Assembly (NCBI RefSeq): GCF_963921235.1
Contig: NC_086097.1
Span: 130,078,001 to 130,142,000, forward strand
Length of the DNA stretch: 64,000 nucleotides
Source of the DNA: Mobula hypostoma
Lineage: Eukaryota
Direction: 5' to 3'
Part shown: positions 35,948-49,175 of the stretch, piece by piece
How the letters are laid out: each line of letters starts with the position of its first letter
How positions within the stretch are numbered: position 1 is the stretch's first letter
Translations under genes and position numbers: made by a program
Notes under the pieces: model-generated
Databases searched by the model: none
What the model saw: only the letters and a program-made list of their open reading frames with translations
Told to the model about the DNA's origin: nothing

Positions 35948-38900
35948 TGTAGGAACGGGGCACGGCTGCGCAAGTGCATGTAAGTCGGCCTGTGAGGCAG
36001 CGGGACTATTTAAAAGAGAGCAGTTTGTGAAAGCCGTCATTTTCGGGCAGCTCCAGGGTAAGGGAGAAGGGGTGAACCACCTGGCTGGCTGGGGAGAGTT
36101 GAACTGCTGGCTGAGTTTGGGTTGGGCCAGACTGGCAGTTGGGGCTGTTGATTGAGTGGGTGGGGACTTTAGCATGGAAGAGCCTAGTAGTTTGGAAAGG
36201 GTTAATTTGTAGCTTATGGCTGCAAAAGGGAGGGGGGGTGAGATTGAAGGGGGAGGGCGGGAGACTGTGGAATACTCCAGAAGTAAGGGTAGCCAAAAAA
36301 GGGGTGCATCAAGTGAAAGACCTGAGGTATTGGGGGACAACAAATTGAGGAAAATGGGTAAATTGGAGGAATTTATAGTTCTGTATAAAATTAAAGGTCA
36401 GAAGGAAGGAGGAGGAGGAGGATTTAAAGCCCTTAATCCTTTGAAAGTTGCAGCAGCATTAGAGAACCAAATAGGTAAAGGATTCCAGGCCAAGATTTTG
36501 TCTAATGGATTGCTGAAAATTTGCTGCAAAGATATTGACCAATATAACAATGTTAAAATGGTGGGAAAATTTGGATAATATTAAAGGTGGTCGAGTGATT
36601 GAAGTCAAACGATTAAAATCGAGAGAAGGTGGTAATTGGGATTCCCCTGTTCTTCTGGTTTTTGCAGGTGACGTTCTTCCAACTAGAGTCTATCTTGGGT
36701 GCATGTCTTATCAAGTTAGAGAATACATTAGGCCTCCCTTACTCTGTTATAATTGCCAGAGATTTGGACATCTTGCTGGTTCATGTCGAGGTAAAAGAAG
36801 AGGTATGAAATGTGGAGAGGATCATGATATTAAAGCATGTAAGGCAGCGGTGCCTAAATGCAGTAACTGTGGAGGGGACCATACAGCAGTGTTCAGAGGA
36901 TGTGAGTATTTTAGTAAGGCAAAGCAGATTCAGGATATTAGTATCCAACAAAAAATATCATACACTGAAGCAGTAAAGAAAGTTGATAGAGAGCAAAGGA
37001 TAAGTAAAGATTGGAATGATAGGGAGTCAGTTCATTCTGAGTTCTCCAACTATGGTTCCTTCAGGCATGTTGTTGATGACTAAAGAGTCTTTTTTGGCGT
37101 TTGTTGTTGATGTACTAAAACTACAGCCAAGAGGTCCGATATGATAAAAGGAGTTGTTGGAGCTGCAGAGAGATTCCTTGATATAAAACAGATTTCGCCG
37201 GAAAAATTGCATGAGCATATGACAGACAAACAATCACTGAATACTTCCCAGTTGTCGGGATCAGAGGGTACAGAGGAGTTTTATGTGGATGAAGAGGCCA
37301 ATAATTAGTATTTGGACGTTTTTAATATTACAATGGAACGCAAGAAGTTTATCTGCAAATGGTCAAGAATTAAAAAGATTTGTTGGAACTTTTTTTAAAG
37401 ACAAGCCTGATTTGATCTGTATACAGGACATACAGTTAAAGCCTCATTTAGATTTTGTGATCCCTGGGTATGATAGTTTGAGAGCTGACAGAACAGGTAA
37501 ATCTGGTGGAGGGTGTGCAACTTTCATAAAAACAGGACTCCAGTTTAGAAGACTTGATTTTAAATCTAACCTTGAAATTGTGGCTGTGGAGATTTGGAGC
37601 TCTCGTGGTCAAATAACTTTGATTAACTTTTATAATCCAGGTAATATGACATTATCAGATTTGGATAAAATTATGAATTAGGTAAAATCCCCAGTTATCT
37701 GGGTTGGAGATTTCAATGCCCATAATCCTATATGGGATAGTGAAAGTAAAGATAGTAATGGAGCAGTAATAGAGGAGTTTCTAGATAAATACAACATGGT
37801 ACTGCTAAATGATGGAAAGCCTACAAGATTTAATATTGTAAAGAATACTTGTAGTCACTTAGACTTATCTATCACTTCCTCAAACTTAGCTAGGGTTGGG
37901 GAATGGGATGCTACGGATAGATACACACTAGGAAGTGATCACTATCCTATATTATGTAGATTTGGTAGAAATTTGAGGGGAGGTCTGTTAGGTATAATTT
38001 TTCTTTGGCCCATTGGGATGAGTACTAGGAGAAAGCTGTGGATATAATAGAAGAGATTAATAGCGAGGGCTCCATAGACGATTGGAATGAATCCCTCTGT
38101 TCTATAATTCATAAAGTTGTTCAGTTGACAATTCCGCTACGGAATGTACTTAAGCCTCCAGCATTAGTTCCGTGGTGGAATAAAAATTGTGATATAGCAG
38201 TAAGAAACAGAAATAGAGCTTACAGGAAATTAAGAAAGTACCCAGTGTTAGATAATGTTGTGGAGTATAAAAAGGAAAGAGCAGTAGCATGGAGAGTAAT
38301 TAAAAATGCAAAGAGGGATAGTTGGAGAAGATTTTGTGGAAACCTGGGCCCTGAGACACCTATAGAGCAGCTATGGACGATCCTTCACAGAAGGTCAGGG
38401 ATATATGGGAAACCATCTATCCCAGCTTTGCTGGAAGGAGATATTGAAGCTGTAACCAATAAGGAAAAGGCTGATATGTTTATAGAGGTGTTCCAAGCGT
38501 TACACAGTTATGGAGAGTTAGGTGATTTGAAAAAGGAAATTATGTTAAAGGAAAGTTGGAAATTGGACAGGAGTTTGGATGATAATAGCTCCATAAATTT
38601 GTTTTTCCTCCCTTCAGGAATTGTAGGAAGCTGTCCAATCAGGTTCAAACACTTCTCCTGGTAGGGATGGACTGTGTTATGAATTGCTTAAGCATTTAGA
38701 TGACTCTGTATTAATAGAAATTCTAGCATTGTTTAATTCAGTGTGAAAAGAAGGAACATTAACAGTAGAATGGAAGCATGCGGTGGTAGCTCCAGTTTTA
38801 AAGCCAGGTAAGGATGCGCCTAGTCCTAGTTCATATCGGCCTATAGCTTTAACGTCAGTGCTTTGTAAAATTATGGAACGAATGGTCACCAACAGACTTT

Positions 38901-41900
38901 TTTTTTGGAAAATAAGGGACATTTTGCTGCCTATCAAAATGGTTTTAGAACTGGAAGATCAACAATGGAATCTGTTGCCCTTTTAGATCATCATATTAAA
39001 AAAGCATTTCAAAATAGAGAAGTAATGGTAAGTGCATTTCTAGATATTGAAAGAGCATATGACTCACTATGGAAGGATGGCTTATTAGTTAAATTCTATG
39101 ATGTGGGAATTAGAGGTAGAATGTTAAATTAGATCAAAGATTTCCCTACGGAAAGGACAATTCAAGTAAGAATAGGCAGAACAAGCTCCAAGTCAGTTAA
39201 AATAGGTAATGGTACCCCTCAAGGAAGTGTCATTAGTCCAGTTCTTTTAATGTCATGATAAATGATATCTTTGATCAGGTAGGGACAGGATTTGGCAAAT
39301 CATTGTTTGCAGACGATGGTGCAATCTGGAAAAGAGGAAGAAATGTCAAGTATATATTAAGGCAGGTACAAGAGGCTTTAAGATCAGTTGAAAACTGGGC
39401 TAATAAATGGGGTTTCAGGATTTCTGCTTCTAAGTCCAAGTATATGATTTTTGGCTTTAGAAGAAAGATTCCTGATTGTGAATTGTGTCTATATGATTCT
39501 CCACTAGAAAAAGTCAAGGTATTCAAGTTTTCAGGTGTCTGGTTTGATGAAAGACTTACTTGGAGGGTTCATATAGATAAAACAATTGGAAAGTGTGAGA
39601 AAGTTTTAAATGTTATGAGATGTATTGCTGGATGCGACTGGGGAGCAGGGCGGGAAACGATGTACTTAATATATCTAGCTATGATTAAATCAGTTATAGA
39701 TTATGGTTGTATTACTTTATGGTTCCGCTGCTACAGCAGTGCTTGGAAAACTAGACACTGTGCAGTCCAAAGCACTTAGACTCTGTTCTGGAGCTTTTAG
39801 AACAACATCAGTCCCGGCATTATGTGTGGAGATGGGAGAAGTGCCCCTACATTTAAGATGAATTCAGTTGTGCCTGCAGTATTGGGCAAAACTAAATGGA
39901 TTCAATCACAGCTGTCCATCAAAGTGTCTTTTGCAGGGGAAGTCGAAGCGCCAAAGTAAAATTAAAAGATACCCATTTTCAGATTTGGTTAATAACTGGG
40001 CTGTGAAACTGAAACTGACTGAGGAAGACATGGTTGACCAAATTTGCTCGCTACCTGTCCCTTTTTGGCTCTTTCCAGAACCAGAAGTAGACGTATTCCT
40101 CCTTTTTCAGATTCAAGGAAACAGTGCAATTTCATCAGCGTTGATCACAAATGAATATTTAAATAATAAATGGGGATCTTAACTGAAGATTTTTACTGAT
40201 GGCTCAGTGGACCCAGACAGCAGTAGGGCAGGATTTGGGATGTATGTGTCTCAACTTGGAGTTAAGATTGGTCACCAAGTTTCAGATGGTGTTTCTGTCT
40301 TTGCAACAGAATTATTAGCAATCCTCTGGGCCGTATGGTGGATGGAAGACTCTCGACCATGTAGGGTTATCATCTGTTCGGATTCTGCTGCCGCCTTAGA
40401 GTCTATAAAAGGGAGTAAATCAAAAGCTCATCCTGACATAGTTATTGAGATTCTCTTAGTGTTGTTTAGAGTAGGGAAGATGGATTGTTCAGTTAGATTT
40501 TCATGGATACCTGGGCATGCTGGGGTGGAGGGAAATGAACTTGTGGATGGCATTGCAAAATCTTCCTTACAGAGCAGGCAAGTAGAAATTAGAGTTCCCC
40601 TAGGCAGAGTAGAATTGAGAAGTAGGATTAAAAGAGGTATAGAGAAGAAGTGGCAGGAGGATTGGAAAAATGAATTAAGGGGCAGGCATTATTTTTCTAG
40701 TCACCCACTAGTTAAAAAGGTCTCAGACTGTTACCTTTTAAGTCGTAGAGATATGGTGAAATTTACAAGACTTAGTTTGGGGCATTGTGGGCTAAACTAT
40801 TATTTAAAGATAATAGGAAAACATCCTACTGGATTATGTGACTGTGGTAGTCCAGAGATAGTCCAGCATGTTTTGCTGAGCTGTAATCTATACAAAATTG
40901 AAAGAAACATGTTGTTCAAGAGCCTATCTGGCTTAAATTTATTTTGGTTTTCTATTAATCTTTGTTTGGCCATCAAGAGAATCAACATCTGATTGAAGAG
41001 TCTGTTATTCAGTTTATACGTGACACTAGGTTGTATTCGAGAATTTGAGTTCCTTGAAGTTCTATAGAAACCATAGAAAAACTACAGCACAGAAACAGGC
41101 CTTTTGGCCCTTCTTGGCTGTGCCGAACCATTTTCTGCCTAGTCCCACTGACCTGCACACGGACCATATCCCTCCATACACCTCCCATCCATGTATCTGT
41201 CCAATTTATTCTTAAATGTTAAAAAAGAACCCGCATTTACCACCTCGTCTGGCAGCTCATTCCATACTCCCACCACTCTCGGTGTGAAGAAGCCCCCCCA
41301 ACGTTCCCTTTAAACCTTCCCCCCTCACCCTTAACCCACGTCCTCTGGTTTTTTTTCTCCCCTTGCCTCAGTGGAAAAAGCCTGCTTGCATTCACTCTAT
41401 CTATACCCATCATAATATTATATACCTCTATCAAATCTCCCCTCATTCTTCTACGCCTCAGGGAATAAAGTCCTAACCTATTCAGCCTTTCTCTGTAACT
41501 GAGTTTCTCAAGTCCCGGCAACATCCTTGTAAACCTTCTCTACACTCTTTCAACCTTATTTATATCCTTCCTGTAATTTGGTGACCAAAACTGAACACAA
41601 TACTCCAGATTCGGCCTCACCAATGCCTTATACAACCTCATAATAACATTCCAGCTCTTATACTCAATACTTTGATTAATAAAGACAATGTACCAAAAGC
41701 TCTCTTTATGACCCTATCTACCTGTGACGCCACTTTTAGGGAATTTTGTATCTGTATTCCCAGATCCCTCTGTTCCACTGCACTCCTCAGTGCTTTACCA
41801 TTAACCCTGTATGTTCTACCTTGGTTTATCCTTCCAACGTGCAATACCTCACACTTGTCTGTATTAAACTCCATCTGCCATTTTTCAGCCCATTTTTCCA

Positions 41901-42027
41901 GCTGGTCCAAGTCCCTCTGCAAGCTCTGAAAACCTTCCTCACTGTCTGCTACACCTAATTCTATAATTAATTATACATCCTGCGGAGGGCAGTAATACAC
42001 CTAGACGCGTCGGGGAGGAGGGTGAGG
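35948..42027 (+). mobile_element. Full-length but disabled Nimb/I-group LINE (ORF1 CCHC knuckles; ORF2 APE-RT-RNase H-CCHC), 8-bp TSD
   Basis: ORF1 CYNCQRFGHLAGSC, KCGEDHDIKAC, CSNCGGDHTAVFRGC. ORF2 ILQWNARSL, GDFNAH, GSDHYPI, SYRPIALTSVLCKIMERM, FLDIERAYD, GTPQGSVISP, LFADD; RNase H FTDGS/TELLAI/CSDS/WIPGHAGVEGNELVD; CDCGSPEIVQHVLLSC. TSD agttacaa at 35940-35947 and 42028-42035. Roughly ten stops/frameshifts. Confidence 0.92.
41067..41958 (-). mobile_element. CR1 3' fragment inserted in the Nimb 3' UTR, 7-bp TSD
   Basis: LQRDLDQLEKWAEKWQMEFN...RPNLEYCVQFWSP...LGLYSL; ttctata at 41060-41066 and 41959-41965. Confidence 0.9.
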
Positions 42028-42709
42028 AGTTACAACATACAATGATCTTCCTCCTTACCGCTATAGGTTTTAGCTAATGATAATTTGAGTAAATCATGCC
42101 CATTTCTTCCATTCCTAATTACAGGGATGCTCATGCAGATCTGAAATACTTCATCAGAACACACAATCTATGAGACTTGATAGTTAAAAGAATGGGTTAA
42201 ATCATGAAATTAAGACAGTCACTGAGTACACAGGAGGCTAAATTACAATCATTGAATTCCAAGGGGGAGAAAGGTCAAGCTAATTCCATCAGACGCACAA
42301 TCCTGCACACTATTGACATGAAGTGTGGACTGAAATGAAAACAGAACAGCTGAACCATGATAATGCAATTAAGCAGCAGAAATCCCAGGATCCAGACATC
42401 AGGACAGGTGTGCAGAAGATGAGGGAGGGGGGAGAAAAAAGTTCCAATGCTGAAGTGCGATAGAGCCTTATTTATCTTCGCCTCTGTGCTGAACACTAAT
42501 AGGCAGGCTATAATTTATTTAGTAATTAATATTATGCTTCACTAGGCCCAACTTAAAATCACTTCTGACAAAAGCAGAGAGAGAACTGAAATGGATTATT
42601 CAGAGACAAGCCAGCAAGCTGATCCAATGACCAGCAAGCCTTCTGGCTACAACATTCATAGACTTCATATAATTAAACAATTAAATTTAAACTTGAACTT
42701 GAATCATTG

Positions 42710-43300
42710 AACTGAACAGAACAGAAATAGGCCATTTTGACCCACTTCATTCATGCCAATTGTGATGCATTCTACATTAATCCCATTTGCCTGCATTAGG
42801 CCTATATTCCTTCATGATTTCCCATCCAAGTACCAGGACAAATGCCTTTTAAATGCTGCAAACATATCTGCTTCTACAACATCCTTTGGTAGCTCAATGC
42901 AGATATTCACCATCCTCTGTGAGCAAAAGCTTGTTACTCAGAGCTCTTTTGATTTGTCCTCCTCTCACTTTAAAGCTGTGTTCTCTATTCCTCAACTCAC
43001 CTGCCCTGTGAAAGGGACACTGTCCATCATCCCTGTCTATGCCTCTTAATCTCTCATCACCCCTCAGCCTCCTATGTTCCAGTGAGAATAAACCAGCCTG
43101 TCCAATCACTCCTTACAAATGTAGCCTGTCATTCCAGGCAATATTCTGGTGAAACTCTCCTCCTCCCATATACTGCATCCCTCAAATTGCCTTTACCTTA
43201 AAGCTGTGCCTTCCAGTTAGTAAAAAAGATTCTGACCATCTATGCGCCTCGATTTTATAGTCCCAAATAAAGCACCCTCAGCCTCCTACATTCCACTGAC
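42710..43300 (-). mobile_element. Degenerate CR1 3' fragments
   Basis: AGLFSLEHRRLRGD...REHSFKVRGG; gaacagaacagaaataggcc tail. Confidence 0.7.
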
Positions 43301-43589
43301 AGTAACTGGAAATTGGTTTATTTGAGTCATATGCACCAAATACAAAATAACACATTTGATTTAAATGCTTAGTGCTAAAACAGACAGTGGAATGTGCACA
43401 AACTTCTAGCCTTAGGCTCTCCTACCAGGCTCCCACCATTTTCTCCTTGATCTTTTTCATCACCTGACACCTGAACCATGTTGGCAACTAGGTCAGACTG
43501 AAGAGAGAACCCTTTGAATTGACTTCCATAATAGTAAAGAGAACAAAGAAAACAAAATTGAGTCAGGTAATTTTATTTTACTTTTTACT

Positions 43590-43855
43590 TTAGAGGCACA
43601 GCACAGAACAGGCTCTTCCAGCCCAATGAGAGGCACCACCCAGCAACCGATCTATTTAACCCTAGATTAATTGCAGGACAATTTACAGTGACTAATTAAC
43701 CTACTAACCAATTCATCTTTGGACTGTGGGAGGAAATCCACACGGTTTACAGGGAGAATGTACATATTCCTTACAGATAGCACTAGAATAGGGCTATGGA
43801 TTGTCCTGAGCCACAACAGTACGCCGCTAACCTCTGTTCCACCGTGGCACCCCAC
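43590..43855 (-). mobile_element. HE1/V-SINE-like SINE
   Basis: acaatttacagtgactaattaacctactaacc...tttggactgtgggaggaaa...ggagaatgtacatattccttacaga. Confidence 0.7.
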
Positions 43856-44714
43856 TGATTGATGATGGAATGACTCGGTGAGCATTTAATATGGCAGGGT
43901 CTGTTCTCCAGCTGAATACAGATCTGTACAGGAGCAATATGTAAAGAGGAACGCAAAATTATGAAGTAAACACAGTATACATTTTCATCCTTATTGGTAT
44001 GTGGTTTATATTCTATCATTATTAAACTACTCTAACCCACATGCAAAGGAAAAGCAATTTTTATGTTAGTTTGGCTATGCTGGGGGCAAACTTTGGATAT
44101 TTATAAACTCTTAAATTGATTAATTGTGCACTGTTATCCTATTCACATGGTCACAGGGAGTTACTGGGTGATTTTTGAAGGGTTTTTAATCTCTGTCAGA
44201 AATCTCAACTCCCAGGAAGCAGGATTACAAGAAAATGAATGAGCCACGATGTTTTATTCATCTTATTCATTCCAAGAGTCTTGGTTTTGAAGGCAGAGAT
44301 TACTGTTTTATTCCCTATGGATTGTGATCAACCTACTGGAGTGATCAGTTGGTTCTGCCTCTTCTTTTTCTCCCCAAAGTTATCAAACTTGTTCTCTTAA
44401 ATTCACTTAATTCTCTTTGATTTTGTCCATTTTTTTCCTGTTACTTCTGTTCCTCAAATCATGCCTTTAATATACAAATACTTGAGTGAAATTTCTGAGA
44501 TACTCAAAAGATTTGATTTTTCCAGAGTCTTGTACACACTCCACAAGACTCGCAGATATAGACTCCATTAAATTAAAGCTGCGGTCACAGTTTATTTGGA
44601 ACTTCTCAGCAGAAATGCACAATCTGTGGTATACGCTTTACCAATTATCGCCTGGAATAGAGGGCTGTAGTTATAACAAAAGATTGGGTAGGCTGGGTTT
44701 ATTCACAGCTTGAT

Positions 44715-45180
44715 ACCGCAACAGTGCTGCCCTAGACCAGAACAAATTGCAGAGAGTTGTGAATATAGCCCAATGTATCATGAAAAACAATTTCCCCTGC
44801 ACTGACTGTTTACACTTCTTGCTGCCTTAGAAATGCAGACAACATAATCAAAGATCCCTTCCACCTCCCAACTGGCAGAAGATACAAAAGTTTGAGAATG
44901 GATACCAGCAGGCTCAAGAACAGCTTTTATCACAATGTTATAAGACTCGTGAATAGACTTCAAGTGCAGTAAACATGAACTTAATCTTTCAATCTACCTT
45001 GTCATGGCCTGTGCAGCTCATTTGGCTGCCTGTGCTGTATTTTTTCCTGTAACTGTAATGGCATATTCAAAATGCTGTAATTGTTTTCCTTGTGTACTAC
45101 CTAAGACTTATTAATGGAAGATCTTTCTGGATGGCATGCAAACCAAGCTTTTCACTGTACCTGTGACAATAATAAACCAG
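44715..45180 (+). mobile_element. Rex1-type LINE 3' end, degenerate
   Basis: aaattgcagagagttgtgaatatagccc..ccagcaggctcaagaacagctt; tail gtgacaataataaacc. Confidence 0.6.
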
Positions 45181-45971
45181 GCCTTTGTGCTACTGTTTGT
45201 GAGCTACATGCATGTTTTATCTCCTCTCCCTTCAGCTTGCTCCTGCCTCCACCATTCATCCACCAGCCTTTGTTTCCCCAATTCCCACCTGTACCCCCCC
45301 CCAACTGCCCACCATTCTTCACCACCACTCAGTCCACCAATCAACTACTATTAGGTTTCACCACTCCACCCCTCTTTATACCATCTCTCCTCTTGTCCCC
45401 CATTTCAACCCGAAATGTCAACAATCCCTTCACTCCCTAACAGATGCTGCTTGACACGCTGACATCCTCCAGTGGATTGTTTGTAGCTGCAGATCCCAGC
45501 ACCTGCAGTCTCATGTCTTTACACAAGGGATGATATCATCCCTTGTGCACCATTCCTGTTGGAATATCACGTAGGTAGTTAGACCAAGCTGTCGTAAAAC
45601 CAACTGTTACCCAGGCCTTCTAGGACAATAAAGTTTTCACAGTGGACTGCTGGAGTGAGATTCCCACAAAGCTAAATGCCATACTTACTACTGATTCTTT
45701 GGCACCAGCCTCACCCTTATGCCCAATTTTTACTTCACCACAACAGAAACATCCATCTACTCATGCCCAAAAATTAATTCCATACCCCTTTCCCTTGTCT
45801 AATCAGAACTCGAATCCTACGATCAGAACTCGAATCCTACGATCCACTTCCGGCCACTTCCATGTGATCCTCAACTCTTCCTCCATTCCCCTTGCCCCCA
45901 TTACAATTCTTCATGGAACCCCTCCCTGTGGCAACTTGGTTTGTTCACCTACCCAACCATTTGTTCTAGTT

Positions 45972-47114
45972 ATAGAACATAGAACAGTACAGGCCCTTCA
46001 GCCCACAATGTTGTGCCGACCCTTAAACCCTGCCTCCCATATAACCCCCCACCTTAAATTCCTCCGTATATATGTCCAGTAGTCTCTTAAATTTCACTAG
46101 TGTATCTGCCTCCACCACTGAGTCAGGCAGTGCATTCCACGCACCAGCCACTCTGAGTAAAAAACCTTCCTCTAATATCCCCCTTGAACTTCCCACCCCT
46201 TACCTTAAAGCCATGACCTCTTGTATTGAGCAATGGTGCCCTGGGGAAAGAGGCACTGGCTGTCCACTCCATTTATTCCTCTTAATATCTTGTATACCTC
46301 TATCATGTCTCCTCTCATCCTCCTTCTCTCCAAAGAGTAAAGCCCTAGCTCCCTTAATCTCTGATCATAATGCATACTCTTTAAACCAGGCAGCTTCCTG
46401 GTAAATCTCCTCTGTACTCTTTCCAATGCTTCCACGTCCTTCCTACAGTGAGGCGACCAGAACTGGACACAGTACTCCAAGTGTGGCCTAACCACAGTTT
46501 TATAGAGCTGCATCATTACCTCGCGACTCTTAAACTCTATCCCTTGACTTACGAAAGCTAACACCCCATAAGGCTTTCTTAACTACCCTATCTACCTGAG
46601 AGGCAACTTTCAGGGATCTGTGGACATGTACCCCCAGATCCCTCTGCTCCACCACACTACCATGTATCCTGCCATTTACTTTGTACTCTGCCTTGGAGTT
46701 TGTCCTTCCAAAGTGTACCACCTCACACTTCTCCGGGTTGAACTCCATCTGTCACTTCTCAGCCCACTTCTGCATCCTATCAATGTCTTGCTGCAATCTT
46801 TGACAATCCTCTACACTATCCACAACACCACCAACCTTTGTGTTGCCTGCAAACTTACCAACCCACACTTCTACCCCCACATCCAGGTCATTAATAAAAA
46901 TAACAAAAAGCAGAGGTCCCAGAACCGATCCTTGTGGGACACCACTAGTCACATCCGTCCAATCCGAATGTACTCCCTCCACCACAACCCTCTGCTTTCT
47001 GCAGGCAAGCCAATTCTGAATCCACCTGGCCAAACTTCCCTGGATCCCATGCCTTCTGACTTTCTGAATAAGCCTACCGTGTGGAACCTTGTCAAGTGCA
47101 TTACTAAAATCCAT
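45972..47114 (-). mobile_element. CR1 3' fragment (RT domain to tail), same subfamily as 1-447
   Basis: MDFSNALDKVPH..GVPQGSVLGPLLF..; MHYDQRLRELGLYSLERRRMRGDMIEVYKILRGINGVDSQCLFP is identical to the copy at 1-447. Confidence 0.92.
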
Positions 47115-47394
47115 TTATTATCCATATATGGCTGCTTTTCTCACCCAACTCCCTCAATTCCAGGTGGCCTCTATTCAAGGTGTCACATTTTTGATCAGGA
47201 AAGTGTACAAGTCCCTTTCAATTACATTCAAGGCATTGAAACTTGTGATACTCAGCTTCTCAAATATCCCATGCATGACATAGCAAGTACCAGCTAATGC
47301 ACTCCTGGGAGTGGACTGGAATTTGTAGATCACAATATTCAGGACAGAATTGCTCCGTGTTAAAGAAAATTTTCTTTCACAGCTAACCAATCAC

Positions 47395-47970
47395 AGCCAG
47401 TCTGAAGTTGCTGCTCTATAAAACTCCAGTTAGATCACACTTGGATTTCAGTTCTGGTTGCCTCATAAGGATGTGAAGGCATTAGATAGGGTGTAGAGAT
47501 TTACCAGGATGTTCCTTTGATTGGAGAAAATGTCTTATGAGGAAAGCTTCAGAGAGCTAGTGCTTTTCTCTTTGGAACAAGAGGATGAGAAGTGACTTGA
47601 TAGAGATGTATTAAGATTATGATAGGAACGGATAGTGTGGACAGCCAGCACTACTTTTCCCAGGGCGGCAATGGATATACCAGAGGACTTCCGTTTAAGG
47701 TGAGTGGAGGGAAGTTCAGGGGAGATGTCAGAAGCAATTTTTTATTATATGAAGAGTAGTAGGTACTTAGAATGCACGGCCAGGGATGATGCTGGAGGGT
47801 GATGCAATGAGGACATGTAAAAGACTCTTAGATAGGCACACAGGTGTAAGGCAAATGGAAGGATATGGGCTGTTTGGAAGGGAAGGGTTAGAATGATCAT
47901 GAAGCAGGTTTACCTAGGTCAGCACAACACTGTGGACTGAAGGACCCATACTGTGCTGTACCGTTCTATG
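47395..47970 (+). mobile_element. Degenerate CR1 3' fragment
   Basis: ctctataaaactccagttagatcacacttgg..ttcagttctggttgcctca..; tail ctgtgctgtaccgttctatg. Confidence 0.75.
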
Positions 47971-48944
47971 TATTATAGTAAAAGTGTCAAAGTAAATTTA
48001 TTATCAAAGTACATATGCCATCATATACAACCCTGAGATTCATTTTCTTACAGGCATACTCATAAATCCATAACAGACTCTCAATATTTGGCAAAGAGGA
48101 AGGGCTATGTGCCTTAATTGAAATTAATTATCCAGGTTGCAGTGAATAAATTCATTTATTTGTAGTTCAAGAAACAAATGAGAGTTCAGTTAAAAATGCA
48201 ATAATGAATGATTGGAAATGCAGACTAAGTATCAATAGTTTACAAACAGTATTACACAGATAAAATTCACACTTTCCATGAAGGTTTATATTTCCAAACC
48301 ATTTAATATTCAGCCATATTCATGCATATAAATCAACAGCTTCTTTAACAACATTGTTCACCCGTCAAGAGGTCACAGAGAATGGGTCAGCCCCAGCTGA
48401 CAAGATGGTTGAGCCAACCCTGCTTCTATCCTTCTAGCACATCATCAAGCTTCACTGTATCCTTCCGGTTCAACCAAATACACCTGATCTCCACATTATG
48501 AACCCTCACAAGACTGGTTGCATGAAGGAAAACACATGCAACCTCACAAGTGATTTTTATTTGCATCCATCAACATTTTGCAGGTCTACTTCTTTCCACG
48601 CTGGGAAGTGTTCAAAGGAAATAGTAAGATACAACAAATGGCATTAGTGAGATTGGCAGTGAGGATTTGCTGGCCATCATTCAGCAGTGGGACATGCAAA
48701 CATAAGCTCTCAGCTTCCGAAACTGCTTTAAGTAACTTAACAAAAATCTTTCGCAATCTACTCCGTCAATGTGGTCATTGTCCACACGCCCTCTCTGCTC
48801 CTCACAACAACACACAGACAGCAACTGACAATGATAATTCCATTTTACATTTGTCCTGTCACCTTACTGATTAAAACAATTTTTAAAGAGAACAGCTGAA
48901 ATAAATAGATCGCTGAGTATGCTGGAGTTTTCTGGGACCATTAC

Positions 48945-49175
48945 CTGAATGATGATTGTTCTCCGTGAACTGGTAACTTAACAGGAGCTGCTGGAGCTTG
49001 GATGTATGTGGGTTGTTTGTTTCCCTGGGAGTCTTTCCGGATTAGCTTCCCAGTGTTGGGATCATAAATGCGGACATCGGGTCCAGGCGGCACTTTCGGG
49101 TGAATGGGAGTTGGATGAAACAATGGTGTTTGGAAGCTACTTTGAAGTTCAGGGAAACTAGCAGGGCTATTGACT
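48945..49175 (-). CDS. CTDP1: CTDP1/FCP1 coding exon (~human exon 10)
   Basis: (R)VNSPASFPELQSSFQTPLFHPTPIHPKVPPGPDVRIYDPNTGKLIRK...EQSSF(R), matching FCP1 ENSPAAFP...LFHP...GPEVRIYDSNTGKLIR...SSFR. Acceptor ctgccttttccacag, donor AG|gtaatg; 231 bp, phase 2-2, in frame with both neighbours. Confidence 0.95.

Noticed and set aside
40183..40600. Stand-alone RNase H gene
   Set aside because: It is the RNase H domain of the Nimb ORF2, separated only by stop mutations.
46620..47297. 225-aa plus-strand ORF
   Set aside because: Antisense to CR1 RT, running into flanking DNA.
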